DNA from: Erysipelotrichaceae bacterium
Lineage (GTDB): Bacteria > Bacillota_I > Bacilli_A > Erysipelotrichales > Coprobacillaceae
Reading direction: 5' to 3'
NCBI GenBank assembly: GCA_028698185.1
Contig: JAQVDW010000038.1
Location: 1-12,711 of the forward strand
DNA: 12,711 bases
Of this stretch, positions 6,451-12,711 are shown one piece after another (the stretch's first letter is position 1; every line of letters starts with the position of its first letter). A program made the position numbers and the translations under genes. The notes beneath the pieces are model-generated. The model did not search any database and was not told the origin of the DNA. It saw only the letters and a list, made by a program, of their open reading frames with translations.

Positions 6451-6900
6451 ATGAAGAATTGGTTATTAACATGGAATGCTGATAGATGGGCATGGGATGA
6501 CGATTTAGGTGGTTATAAAGAATTAATAGCTGATATTGAACAGGTAGGGCGTGCATACAGCAAATGGACTTGTGGTGTGAACAAAAGTATTGAAAAAGGT
6601 GATAGAATTTTCATGATAAAACTTGGCTCTGCACCTAAAGGAATAATCGCAAGTGGATATGCAGCAACAAGTGTTTTTGAGGGAACACATTGGGATGAAG
6701 ATCGAAAACGAGCGGGAAAGAAAGCTAGAAGAATCTTTGTTGAATTTGATAAAATCAAAGATTATGATGTGGACAAAATTATCTCCTTTGATGAATTATT
6801 GAATATTTCTGATACATTTCATTGGTCTACACAATCCTCTGGTATTACTATACCTGAAGAAATCAGCCAAAAAATCGAAGAGATTTGGGCAGGAATTTAG
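6451..6900 (+). CDS. Stand-alone PUA-like (EVE/ASCH-type) domain protein, putative modified-nucleic-acid reader (149 aa)
   Basis: RBS AAGGAG lies 8 nt upstream. The sequence follows a pattern I associate with the N-terminal EVE-like modules of HNH/McrB-type modification-dependent endonucleases: MKNWLLTWNADRWAW ... KGDRIFMIKLGSAPKGIIASGYA ... RIFVEFDKI ... HWSTQSSGITIPEE ... IW. It has 8 Trp in 149 aa. The family call is from memory only, with no HMM search. Confidence 0.7.
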   Translation: MKNWLLTWNADRWAWDDDLGGYKELIADIEQVGRAYSKWTCGVNKSIEKGDRIFMIKLGSAPKGIIASGYAATSVFEGTHWDEDRKRAGKKARRIFVEFDKIKDYDVDKIISFDELLNISDTFHWSTQSSGITIPEEISQKIEEIWAGI

Positions 6901-6903
6901 TAT

Positions 6904-6917
6904 GATAAATTTTAATT
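6904..6917 (+). repeat. GATAAATTTTAAT(T) repeat, copy 3
   Basis: Exact 13-mer, with the 14th base matching copy 1. It starts 4 nt after the TAG stop (6898-6900) of ORF 6451, so the three copies bracket the two small genes. Confidence 0.8.
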
Positions 6918-7009
6918 TATCTTAGTTAGTTAAATATTCAGGTGTGTTATAGCCAATATCATCCCTGGAAATACTCAATATATTTTGAAAACAATTAGTT
7001 GTAGTCATA

Positions 7010-7300
7010 ATGGTTACAGGTTTTTGGAACACAAATTTTCCGGGGCTTGAAGGGGCAAATCCAACTTAGGCAAAGATGAACTCATTCTTTGCCACCTTGG
7101 CTGAATTTGGCTTGACTGTCACAGTTTTTGCTAGTGCTTTTAAAACACTAGACTAAAAAATGCGTTGGATCCACCTGAGATTTGTGGTGCTTATTTCTAT
7201 GATATCTTTCTTGTTTATGAGTTTTCCTGAATATCAGGGATATATTCAACGGTTGCTTTATGCTTCAAGTTTCATCTGGATGATAAGATATTTTGGCTGA
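7010..7300 (+). pseudogene. Decayed remnant of a membrane-protein gene: one frame with two in-frame stops
   Basis: A single reading frame reads MVTGFWNTNFPGLEGANPT*AKMNSFFATLAEFGLTVTVFASAFKTLD*KMRWIHLRFVVLISMISFLFMSFPEYQGYIQRLLYASSFIWMIRYFG*. In-frame stops are TAG 7067-7069 and TAA 7154-7156, with the final TGA at 7298-7300. The segments are hydrophobic and helix-like, and there is no convincing RBS. It is absent from the ORF track because each piece is under 60 aa. Confidence 0.35.
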
Positions 7301-7359
7301 TAAGCATTAGGTTTATAGCAGTCGGGCCAGTGTTTTGAACGAGTTACGGATTTTCCCTC

Positions 7360-7388
7360 TTGACGGTTGGGAATTCATTTGGTAAGAT
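7360..7388 (+). promoter_or_regulatory. SigmaA-type promoter of the rib operon
   Basis: -35 TTGACG (7360-7365), 17-nt spacer, extended -10 TGgTAAGAT (7380-7388). It sits about 17 nt upstream of the riboswitch P1 stem. Confidence 0.6.
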
Positions 7389-7404
7389 TAACTCAATTGA
7401 ATAC

Positions 7405-7513
7405 AATCTTCAGGGCAGGGTGTGATTCCCTACCGGTGGTATAGCCCACGAGCCGTAAGGCATGACTTGGTGTAATTCCAAGGCCGACAGTACAGTCTGG
7501 ATGAAAGAAGATT
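7405..7513 (+). promoter_or_regulatory. FMN riboswitch (RFN element) aptamer
   Basis: P1 stem AATCTTC (7405-7411) / GAAGATT (7507-7513). Conserved RFN core strings are present: CAGGGCAGGGTGTGATTCCCTACCGGTGGT, AGCCCACGAGCC, TTGGTGTAATTCCAAGGCCGACAGT, AGTCTGGATGAAAGAAG. It lies upstream of ribD. Confidence 0.93.
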
Positions 7514-7544
7514 TTTACGATATATTATCGTGGATAATAATGCT

Positions 7545-7576
7545 CTGGAATGATTTTTATAATTGTTCCAGTTTTT
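7545..7576 (+). terminator. Riboswitch expression-platform terminator (attenuator)
   Basis: Stem CTGGAATGATT (7545-7555) / AATTGTTCCAG (7561-7571): 11 bp including two G-U pairs, with loop TTTAT. Followed by TTTTT (7572-7576). It sits between the aptamer and the ribD RBS. Confidence 0.75.
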
Positions 7577-7659
7577 ATATTTTAAAGCCACTTTTATCGT
7601 CTTTTCCTGCCTTGAACTTTGATGTTTGAGGCATTTTTTTGTGGAAAAGGAGGAGCACA

Positions 7660-8745
7660 ATGGAAGATAAAGATTACATGCAACTGGCATTGGAACTGGC
7701 AAACAAGGGTTTAGGCAAGGTAAATCCCAACCCCCTGGTAGGAGCTGTTGTTGTCAGGGACGGTGAGATCATTTCAACCGGTTATCATGAATATTATGGG
7801 GGTTTCCATGCCGAGCGCAACGCCCTATCCAAAAGCGATATCGACTTCACCGGGGCGACGTTGTATGTGAACCTGGAGCCGTGTTGCCATTACGGTAAGA
7901 CCCCTCCGTGCACTGAGATCATCATCGAGAAGGGAATCAAGCGGGTTGTCATCGGCATGGTCGATCCCAATCCGCTAATTGCCTACAAGGGGGTCGAAAT
8001 CCTGAAGGCCGCCGGAATCGAGGTCGAAGTCGGGGTGCTAGAAAACGAGTGCGAACAGCTAAACAAACCATTCATCCATTATATCACGACCAAGCGGCCG
8101 TATATGGTGCTCAAATATGCGATGACTCTCGATGGCAAGATTGCCACGGTGGCCGGGAATTCCAAATGGATAACCAACGAGAAATCCCGGGAACTGGTCC
8201 ATCATGACCGCCATCGCTACAATGCCATCATGGTCGGGGTGAATACGGTAATTGGTGATGATCCGATGCTTGACTGCCGGATTGAAGGTGGCATCAATCC
8301 GATCCGGATTGTCTGCGATACGAATCTGCGGATGCCGCTGGATTGCCAGCTTACAAACACTGCCAGGGACATCCGGACCATAATAGCCACAAGCAGCCAG
8401 GACCGTGATCTGCATGAATCGTTCAAGTCCAAGGGATGCGAGCTTGTAGTGGTAGGGAAAAAGGACGGCCATCTCGATCTTGAAGAGTTGATGGACAGGC
8501 TTGGAGCTATGAAAATCGACTCCATCCTCCTTGAAGGAGGCGGAACGCTGAACTTCAGCGCCCTGGAAAGCCGGCTTGTCAACAAGGTCAAGGCTTTTGT
8601 CGCTCCCAAGATATTCGGTGGCGCCAATGCCATCAGCCCGGTCGGGGGCGAAGGCATCGCCCAGGTCGCAGCCTGTTTCAAACTGCATAATCTCAAGACA
8701 AGCTGCATCGATGGCGATATCTTGATTGAAGGGGAGATGTTGTAA
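7660..8745 (+). CDS. ribD: Bifunctional diaminohydroxyphosphoribosylaminopyrimidine deaminase / 5-amino-6-(5-phosphoribosylamino)uracil reductase (361 aa)
   Basis: CDA-type zinc motifs HAERNAL and PCCHYGKTPPC. C-terminal reductase region with LLEGGGTLN. The ORF track's TTG at 7639 is replaced by ATG 7660, which follows AAAGGAGGAG (7646-7655). Operon context supports the call. Confidence 0.95.
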   Translation: MEDKDYMQLALELANKGLGKVNPNPLVGAVVVRDGEIISTGYHEYYGGFHAERNALSKSDIDFTGATLYVNLEPCCHYGKTPPCTEIIIEKGIKRVVIGMVDPNPLIAYKGVEILKAAGIEVEVGVLENECEQLNKPFIHYITTKRPYMVLKYAMTLDGKIATVAGNSKWITNEKSRELVHHDRHRYNAIMVGVNTVIGDDPMLDCRIEGGINPIRIVCDTNLRMPLDCQLTNTARDIRTIIATSSQDRDLHESFKSKGCELVVVGKKDGHLDLEELMDRLGAMKIDSILLEGGGTLNFSALESRLVNKVKAFVAPKIFGGANAISPVGGEGIAQVAACFKLHNLKTSCIDGDILIEGEML

Positions 8746-9374
8746 TGTTTACCGGAATAATTGAGGAAGTCGGAAAAATCAAAGCGGTAAAAAGAGGTGC
8801 CGCCTCAGCCCAGTTGGTCGTCCAGGCCAAAACGGTTCTTGAGGATACGAAAATCGGGGCAAGCATCGCGGTCAATGGTGTCTGCCTGACTGTCACGAAG
8901 ATGGATGGCAGCCAGTTCCATGCTGATGTCATGAACGAGACCCTCCAAAGGAGCAACCTGGGCAGTCTTAAGGTCAATGATCCAATCAACCTGGAACGGG
9001 CAATGGCCGCCTCAGGCCGTTTTGACGGCCATATGGTTTCCGGGCATATCGATGGAACGGGCCAGATTGCCAAGATCATCAAGGACGATATCGCCTACCG
9101 CTACACGATCAGGGCCGATTCATCAGTGCTTAAATATATCGTAACCAAGGGCTCGATTGCCATCGATGGAATCTCCCTGACGGTGACTGACGTGACGGCC
9201 ACCACTTTCGAGGTGTCCATCATTCCCCATACATTGAAAATGACCAGTCTGCATCACAAACCGGTCGGTTTCAAGGTGAATCTCGAGGCCGATATCGTCG
9301 GCAAGTATGTCGAAAAGACAGTGAACAGTAGAAGCAAAATAACCAAGGAATTCTTGATGAAACATGGATTTTAG
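8745..9374 (+). CDS. ribE: Riboflavin synthase alpha subunit (209 aa)
   Basis: Canonical N-terminus MFTGIIEEVG and an internal repeat (GASIAVNGVCLTV / GSIAIDGISLTV). The ATG overlaps the ribD stop by 1 nt (TAATG). Confidence 0.95.
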   Translation: MFTGIIEEVGKIKAVKRGAASAQLVVQAKTVLEDTKIGASIAVNGVCLTVTKMDGSQFHADVMNETLQRSNLGSLKVNDPINLERAMAASGRFDGHMVSGHIDGTGQIAKIIKDDIAYRYTIRADSSVLKYIVTKGSIAIDGISLTVTDVTATTFEVSIIPHTLKMTSLHHKPVGFKVNLEADIVGKYVEKTVNSRSKITKEFLMKHGF

Positions 9375-9383
9375 GAGGATAAG

Positions 9384-10583
9384 ATGAAATACAATACGAT
9401 TGAAGAGGCTATTATAGCCCTTAAAAATGGCGAAATCATTGTGGTATCCGATGACGAGGACCGCGAAAACGAAGGTGATTTCATCTGCGCCGGGGAGTTC
9501 GCGACGCCCCAAAACATCAACTTCATGGCAATCTACGCCAAAGGGCTGATCTGCATGCCGATGAGCACCACATTGGCGAAAAAACTGGACCTGGGACCGA
9601 TGTGTGCCACCAACCAGGACAATCACGAGACGGCATTCACTGTTTCCATCGATGCCAACGAGACAACGACCGGAATAAGTGCGTTTGAACGTTCGGCCAC
9701 TGCTTTAAGAGCCATAGCGGATGACGCGGTTCCTGGGGACTTCCGCCGGCCGGGACATATGTTCCCGTTGGTAGCCAAGGACAATGGGGTTTTGGTGCGC
9801 AACGGCCATACCGAAGCTACAGTCGATCTGATGAAGCTGGCGGGATTGAAGGAGTGCGGCCTTTGTTGCGAAATCATGGCTGATGACGGGACAATGATGA
9901 AGACTCCCGAACTCTTCGAACTCGCAAAAAAGCACAACCTCAAATACATCACCATCTCCCAGTTGCAACAATACCGCAAGATCCATGACCCGATGGTCGA
10001 ATGCGTGGCTAAGCCAGTCATCCCGACCAAGTTTGGTGAATTCCAGGCTTACGGATTTTTGGACAAGGTAACCGGAGACCAACACGTGGCCCTGGTAAAA
10101 GGTAATGTCGCAAACCAGGAAGAAGTCCTGTGCCGGGTTCATAGCGAATGTCTCACTGGCGATGTGTTCCATTCGCTAAAATGCGACTGCGGGCAACAGT
10201 TCGACCAAGCCATGGAAAAGATCAGTGAAGAAGGCCATGGAATCCTGATCTACATGGCCCAGGAAGGCCGGGGAATCGGCTTGTTAAACAAGCTCAAGGC
10301 CTATGAGCTCCAACAAAAAGGCCATGACACGGTCGATGCCAACCTCGAACTTGGATTTGACGAAGACCTGCGGGAATACCATGTGGCCGCGGCGATGCTT
10401 AGACACTTGAAAGTTGCCAGCGTGTCCTTGATGACAAACAATCCCGACAAGATCGAACAGCTTGAAAAATATGGCATCAATGTGTCTCGGCGCGAGGCGA
10501 TCATCATCGAACCGCACAGCCATGATTACGGTTATCTAAAAACTAAACAGGACCGGATGGGTCACCTGTTGGAAATGGAATAA
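9384..10583 (+). CDS. ribBA: Bifunctional 3,4-dihydroxy-2-butanone-4-phosphate synthase / GTP cyclohydrolase II (399 aa)
   Basis: DHBP synthase motifs DRENEGDFI and RNGHTEA. GTP cyclohydrolase II zinc motif [30 protein letters not shown] lies upstream. Confidence 0.95.
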   Translation: MKYNTIEEAIIALKNGEIIVVSDDEDRENEGDFICAGEFATPQNINFMAIYAKGLICMPMSTTLAKKLDLGPMCATNQDNHETAFTVSIDANETTTGISAFERSATALRAIADDAVPGDFRRPGHMFPLVAKDNGVLVRNGHTEATVDLMKLAGLKECGLCCEIMADDGTMMKTPELFELAKKHNLKYITISQLQQYRKIHDPMVECVAKPVIPTKFGEFQAYGFLDKVTGDQHVALVKGNVANQEEVLCRVHSECLTGDVFHSLKCDCGQQFDQAMEKISEEGHGILIYMAQEGRGIGLLNKLKAYELQQKGHDTVDANLELGFDEDLREYHVAAAMLRHLKVASVSLMTNNPDKIEQLEKYGINVSRREAIIIEPHSHDYGYLKTKQDRMGHLLEME

Positions 10584-10598
10584 AAGGAGAGAAAGAAC

Positions 10599-11060
10599 AT
10601 GAAAACAATCGAAGGAAATTTAGTAGCAAGCAACATCAAAGTGGGAATCGTGGCGGCACGTTTCAATGAATTCATCACATCAAAACTTCTAGGGGGAGCT
10701 ATCGACGGTCTCGTGCGTCATCAGGTTGCAGAAAACGACATCGAAGTGGCTTGGGTTCCTGGAGCATTTGAAATTCCTCTGGTAGCCAAGAAAATGGCGG
10801 CATCAAAGAAATATGATGCGATCATCTGTCTAGGAGCGGTTATCCGTGGATCAACTACCCATTATGACTATGTCTGCTCGGAAGTGTCGAAAGGAATCGC
10901 GACGGTTTCACTAAACAGCGACATTCCAGTGATGTTTGGAGTGTTGACTACCGAAAACATCGAGCAGGCCATCGAACGGGCTGGAACCAAAGCCGGCAAC
11001 AAAGGATTCGACTGCGCCTTGGGTGCAATTGAGATGGTCAATTTGATGCGCAACATCTAA
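10599..11060 (+). CDS. ribH: 6,7-dimethyl-8-ribityllumazine synthase (153 aa)
   Basis: Typical lumazine synthase sequence: [13 protein letters not shown]..., [50 protein letters not shown] lies upstream. Confidence 0.95.
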   Translation: MKTIEGNLVASNIKVGIVAARFNEFITSKLLGGAIDGLVRHQVAENDIEVAWVPGAFEIPLVAKKMAASKKYDAIICLGAVIRGSTTHYDYVCSEVSKGIATVSLNSDIPVMFGVLTTENIEQAIERAGTKAGNKGFDCALGAIEMVNLMRNI

Positions 11061-11069
11061 AATATTTTT

Positions 11070-11096
11070 GAGGCGGCCAAGCGGTTCGCCTTTTTT
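11070..11096 (+). terminator. Probable rho-independent terminator after ribH
   Basis: GC-rich stem AGGCG (11071-11075) / CGCCT (11087-11091), followed by a T-run (11091-11096). The stem is short, so this is only moderate. Confidence 0.5.
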
Positions 11097-11136
11097 CATT
11101 TGGTCGGCAAATTTCCGGGGTAATCGGGTTATTTTT

Positions 11137-11165
11137 TTGCATATTGGTGGCAGACGTTATATACT
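11137..11165 (+). promoter_or_regulatory. Putative sigmaA promoter for the FNR-like gene
   Basis: -35 TTGCAT (11137-11142), 17-nt spacer, -10 TATACT (11160-11165). Confidence 0.45.
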
Positions 11166-11215
11166 TAGAGTATAAGGTTAACAGTTTTGCCAGATCATCT
11201 ATAGGAGGGCACACC

Positions 11216-11869
11216 ATGAAAACCACAATCAAAGAAATCAATAATATTGCCGAAGACAACTATATCATCAGATTGGACGTTCCTGAAAATTACCACTGGA
11301 TTCCCGGTCAGTTTCTAAAAATTTCATTGCCTAATCTGACCAAGGATTCGCGGATCTTTTCCATCGCTTCCAACGAGGATGAAAATGAAATCTTGATGGC
11401 GACAAAATCGAGAGGTCAGGATATCTCGGACTTCAAGAAACTGCTGTTCTCTTTGACTAAGACCGATGAGGTGGAAATTTCCCCGGCCGCCGGCCGCTTC
11501 AATCTGCGTGACGATACGACTCCAATCATCATGTATGCCTCAGGCATCGGGATTACCCCGATCTTCGCCCTGTTGAAGGCCATCAAATCGAACCAGAAAG
11601 TCGAGGTGGTATATGCCAGCTATGGCTATTACGTCTTTCAAGAAGAAATCGATGCCATCGTCAAGGAAAAACAAAACATCACGGTGACATACACCAGGGA
11701 AATCGATGAGACGACCCAAAAGCTTGAAGATCTGTGCCGTCAATACGGCAACAGCGCATATTACTACACCTCAGGTTCGCCAGTGGTTATCAAGACCGTT
11801 GAAGGCAACTACATGAACTGGGGCATTGACAAGGACCGTCTGGTTTCCGACAGCTTTGTCGGTTACTGA
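11216..11869 (+). CDS. FAD/NAD(P)-binding oxidoreductase, ferredoxin-NADP reductase-like (FNR family) (217 aa)
   Basis: The FAD-binding R-x-(Y/F)-S motif is present as RIFSIAS. The NAD(P)H-binding glycine motif is present as MYASGIGITP. The ORF track's TTG at 11144 is replaced by ATG 11216, which follows AGGAGGG (11203-11209). Confidence 0.8.
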   Translation: MKTTIKEINNIAEDNYIIRLDVPENYHWIPGQFLKISLPNLTKDSRIFSIASNEDENEILMATKSRGQDISDFKKLLFSLTKTDEVEISPAAGRFNLRDDTTPIIMYASGIGITPIFALLKAIKSNQKVEVVYASYGYYVFQEEIDAIVKEKQNITVTYTREIDETTQKLEDLCRQYGNSAYYYTSGSPVVIKTVEGNYMNWGIDKDRLVSDSFVGY

Positions 11870-11931
11870 TTGTCGCCGGTCGGGAAAATGTTTCAAGCTA
11901 CAATTGGACCAAACGACAATTGCAGTCATGC

Positions 11932-11978
11932 AAAAACAAGCAGGTCACCGTTTATAGATGGTGACCTGCTTGTTTTTT
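11932..11978. terminator. Strong bidirectional rho-independent terminator
   Basis: Perfect 18-bp stem AAAAACAAGCAGGTCACC (11932-11949) / GGTGACCTGCTTGTTTTT (11960-11977). The A-run and T-run lie within the arms, so it can terminate in both directions. Confidence 0.85.
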
Positions 11979-12391
11979 GAATATTCGTTTTTACAGAGCC
12001 GCGCATTTTCACTATGGGGAGCAACGGTGTTCATATAGAAGAGCCGGTATGATATAACCCTTTTGTCGTAAAAAATATGTCGGAAACAGTCACTAAACCC
12101 TCCATCCAGGCCGCAGACGATCACTTCGCAAGGCAGGGAGAAGCCGGCTTGAGGATTATCACTTAGGATTTCCTGGGCTTTTTTTTGGATTCAGGCTGTC
12201 ATGACCTTGAAGTCGAGTTCCATCAGGTATCGAACCGTTCCTTGGACCGGGCGTCCGTGATTCTTATACGGCCTGTCTAAAAGGATAAGGTGGCGCGTCT
12301 TTGGATTGGATTTCCATATTCTTTTCCTTATCTTCGGTTTTTGAGCTGTTCTACATAATGAAATTGTCGCCTTCGCTTCTTCTGGATGCGA
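11945..12391 (-). pseudogene. Decayed minus-strand gene remnant (C-terminal fragment interrupted by an in-frame TGA)
   Basis: One minus-strand frame is open from about 12391 down to the stop at 11945-11947, apart from an in-frame TGA at 12191-12193. It reads ...LILLDRPYKNHGRPVQGTVRYLMELDFKVMTA*IQKKAQEILSDNPQAGFSLPCEVIVCGLDGGFSDCFRHIFYDKRVISYRLFYMNTVAPHSENARLCKNEYSKNKQVTIYKR*. There is no ATG/GTG/TTG start near its 5' end. A T8/A8 homopolymer lies at 12179-12186, next to the stop. No family recognised. Confidence 0.3.
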
Positions 12392-12491
12392 TCAATCCGG
12401 ATTGCAAGGAAAATTTTGCATTCACCGCCTATTGTAAACTTCTTTGTTCCAAGCTGAAGACAGCTTAACGGACAATTAACCGACCTGTGCT

Positions 12492-12580
12492 ATTGGAAAT
12501 CTTATGGATGGATATAATTATTGATGAAATGACCTGGTTGAACCAGGCAAGTTCACTTTAAGAGAAAGGTTATTTCCAAT
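12492..12580. repeat. Nested inverted repeats (possible structured leader or operator)
   Basis: Outer 9-bp arms ATTGGAAAT (12492-12500) / ATTTCCAAT (12572-12580). Inner near-perfect palindrome CCTGGTT-G-AACCAGG (12533-12547), extended by TGAA/TTCA. TATAAT at 12513-12518. AGGAGA at 12584-12589 follows directly. Confidence 0.35.
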
Positions 12581-12711
12581 CTAGGAGACAAACTATTAAA
12601 TGTCAATAGGTAACTTGATGAATGTTGAAGTTTCTGTTTGTCGACATTTGATAGCCGTTTGGCTTGGTTTAGAGGTGAATCCTCTTTAAAAATCTTGTTT
12701 TTAGATAAATT

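Noticed and set aside
5944-6758. Antisense ORFs 5944..6153 and 6513..6758 within the acidic-protein and reader genes
   Set aside because: They have no RBS and lie antisense to ORFs with strong RBSs. Their Ser/Ile-rich translations are typical of AT-rich antisense frames.
6953-7250. Possible inverted repeats (AATATCATCCCTGG... at about 6953-6980 versus CCTGAATATCAGGGATATATT at about 7226-7247) flanking the gene remnant, suggesting a MITE or IS scar
   Set aside because: The match is short and interrupted by indels. The right-hand copy is mainly a local 5-bp hairpin inside the decayed reading frame. There is no target-site duplication and no transposase.
7639-7659. N-terminal extensions proposed by the ORF track: TTG 7639 for ribD, TTG 11144 for the FNR-like gene, ATG 892 for the membrane protein, ATG 5146 for the 4-TM protein
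   Set aside because: In each case an internal ATG has a much better Shine-Dalgarno sequence at proper spacing. For ribD the extension would actually contain the RBS.
7430-7702. 90-aa minus-strand ORF across the riboswitch and the ribD start
   Set aside because: It covers the RFN element, the attenuator and the ribD RBS. The conserved riboswitch sequence explains this DNA.
8059-9082. Long minus-strand ORFs (8059..8688, 8217..8708, 8693..9082) overlapping ribD and ribE
   Set aside because: They are entirely antisense to genes with unmistakable conserved motifs. They have no RBS, and their translations are low-complexity and rich in Ser, Pro, Arg and Leu. This is typical of open antisense frames in GC-richer coding DNA.
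9123-10523. Minus-strand ORFs (9123..9626, 9623..10030, 9705..10172, 10284..10523, 10301..10507) inside ribE/ribBA
   Set aside because: The reasoning is the same as for 8059..9082. They are antisense shadows of ribBA, with no independent start signals or recognisable domains.
10868-11259. Minus-strand ORFs 10868..11056, 10911..11099 and 11038..11259
   Set aside because: They are antisense to ribH or span the terminator and promoter region, and they have no start signals.
12600-12689. 29-aa ORF (MSIGNLMNVEVSVCRHLIAVWLGLEVNPL) after AGGAGA
   Set aside because: It is too short and featureless to call, and the RBS spacing of about 10-11 nt is long. It is mentioned only as context for the nested repeats.
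1-12711. Scan of the whole window for CRISPR arrays, tRNA/rRNA genes, IS elements, integrases and toxin-antitoxin pairs
   Set aside because: I found no regularly spaced direct repeats of 25-40 nt, no cloverleaf-like tRNA candidates and no DDE, tyrosine or serine recombinase motifs in any listed ORF.

Overview
This looks like a Firmicutes/Bacilli-type chromosomal segment: AGGAGG-type RBSs and an FMN-riboswitch-controlled ribD-ribE-ribBA-ribH operon. All domain and family calls are motif recognition by eye; no searches were run.

Gene order, left to right:
- A YczE/YitT-like membrane protein and a LysR-family regulator, both on the minus strand.
- Divergent from these, a small class-I SAM methyltransferase packed tightly against an 829-aa fusion protein. 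The fusion has an N-terminal single-HKD PLD-type nuclease domain, an SF2 (ResIII/DEAH-type) helicase core and a C-terminal domain of about 220 aa that looks DUF3427-like from memory.
- A markedly AT-rich tract of about 1.9 kb with three small orphan genes: a 4-TM protein, a very acidic 125-aa protein, and a Trp-rich 149-aa protein. The last resembles the PUA-like/EVE reader module found at the N-termini of modification-dependent HNH/McrB-type nucleases. The upstream regions of the last two genes share a duplicated repeat architecture.
- A decayed membrane-protein gene remnant.
- The riboflavin operon with promoter, RFN aptamer and attenuator.
- An FNR-like flavoprotein gene.
- An ORF-poor tail of about 0.7 kb holding another decayed gene and nested inverted repeats.

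The most interesting candidate is the defence-like cluster at 1991-6900: methyltransferase, PLD-helicase fusion, acidic protein and orphan reader domain. I cannot assign it to any named system.

I saw no tRNA, rRNA, CRISPR array, transposase or integrase.
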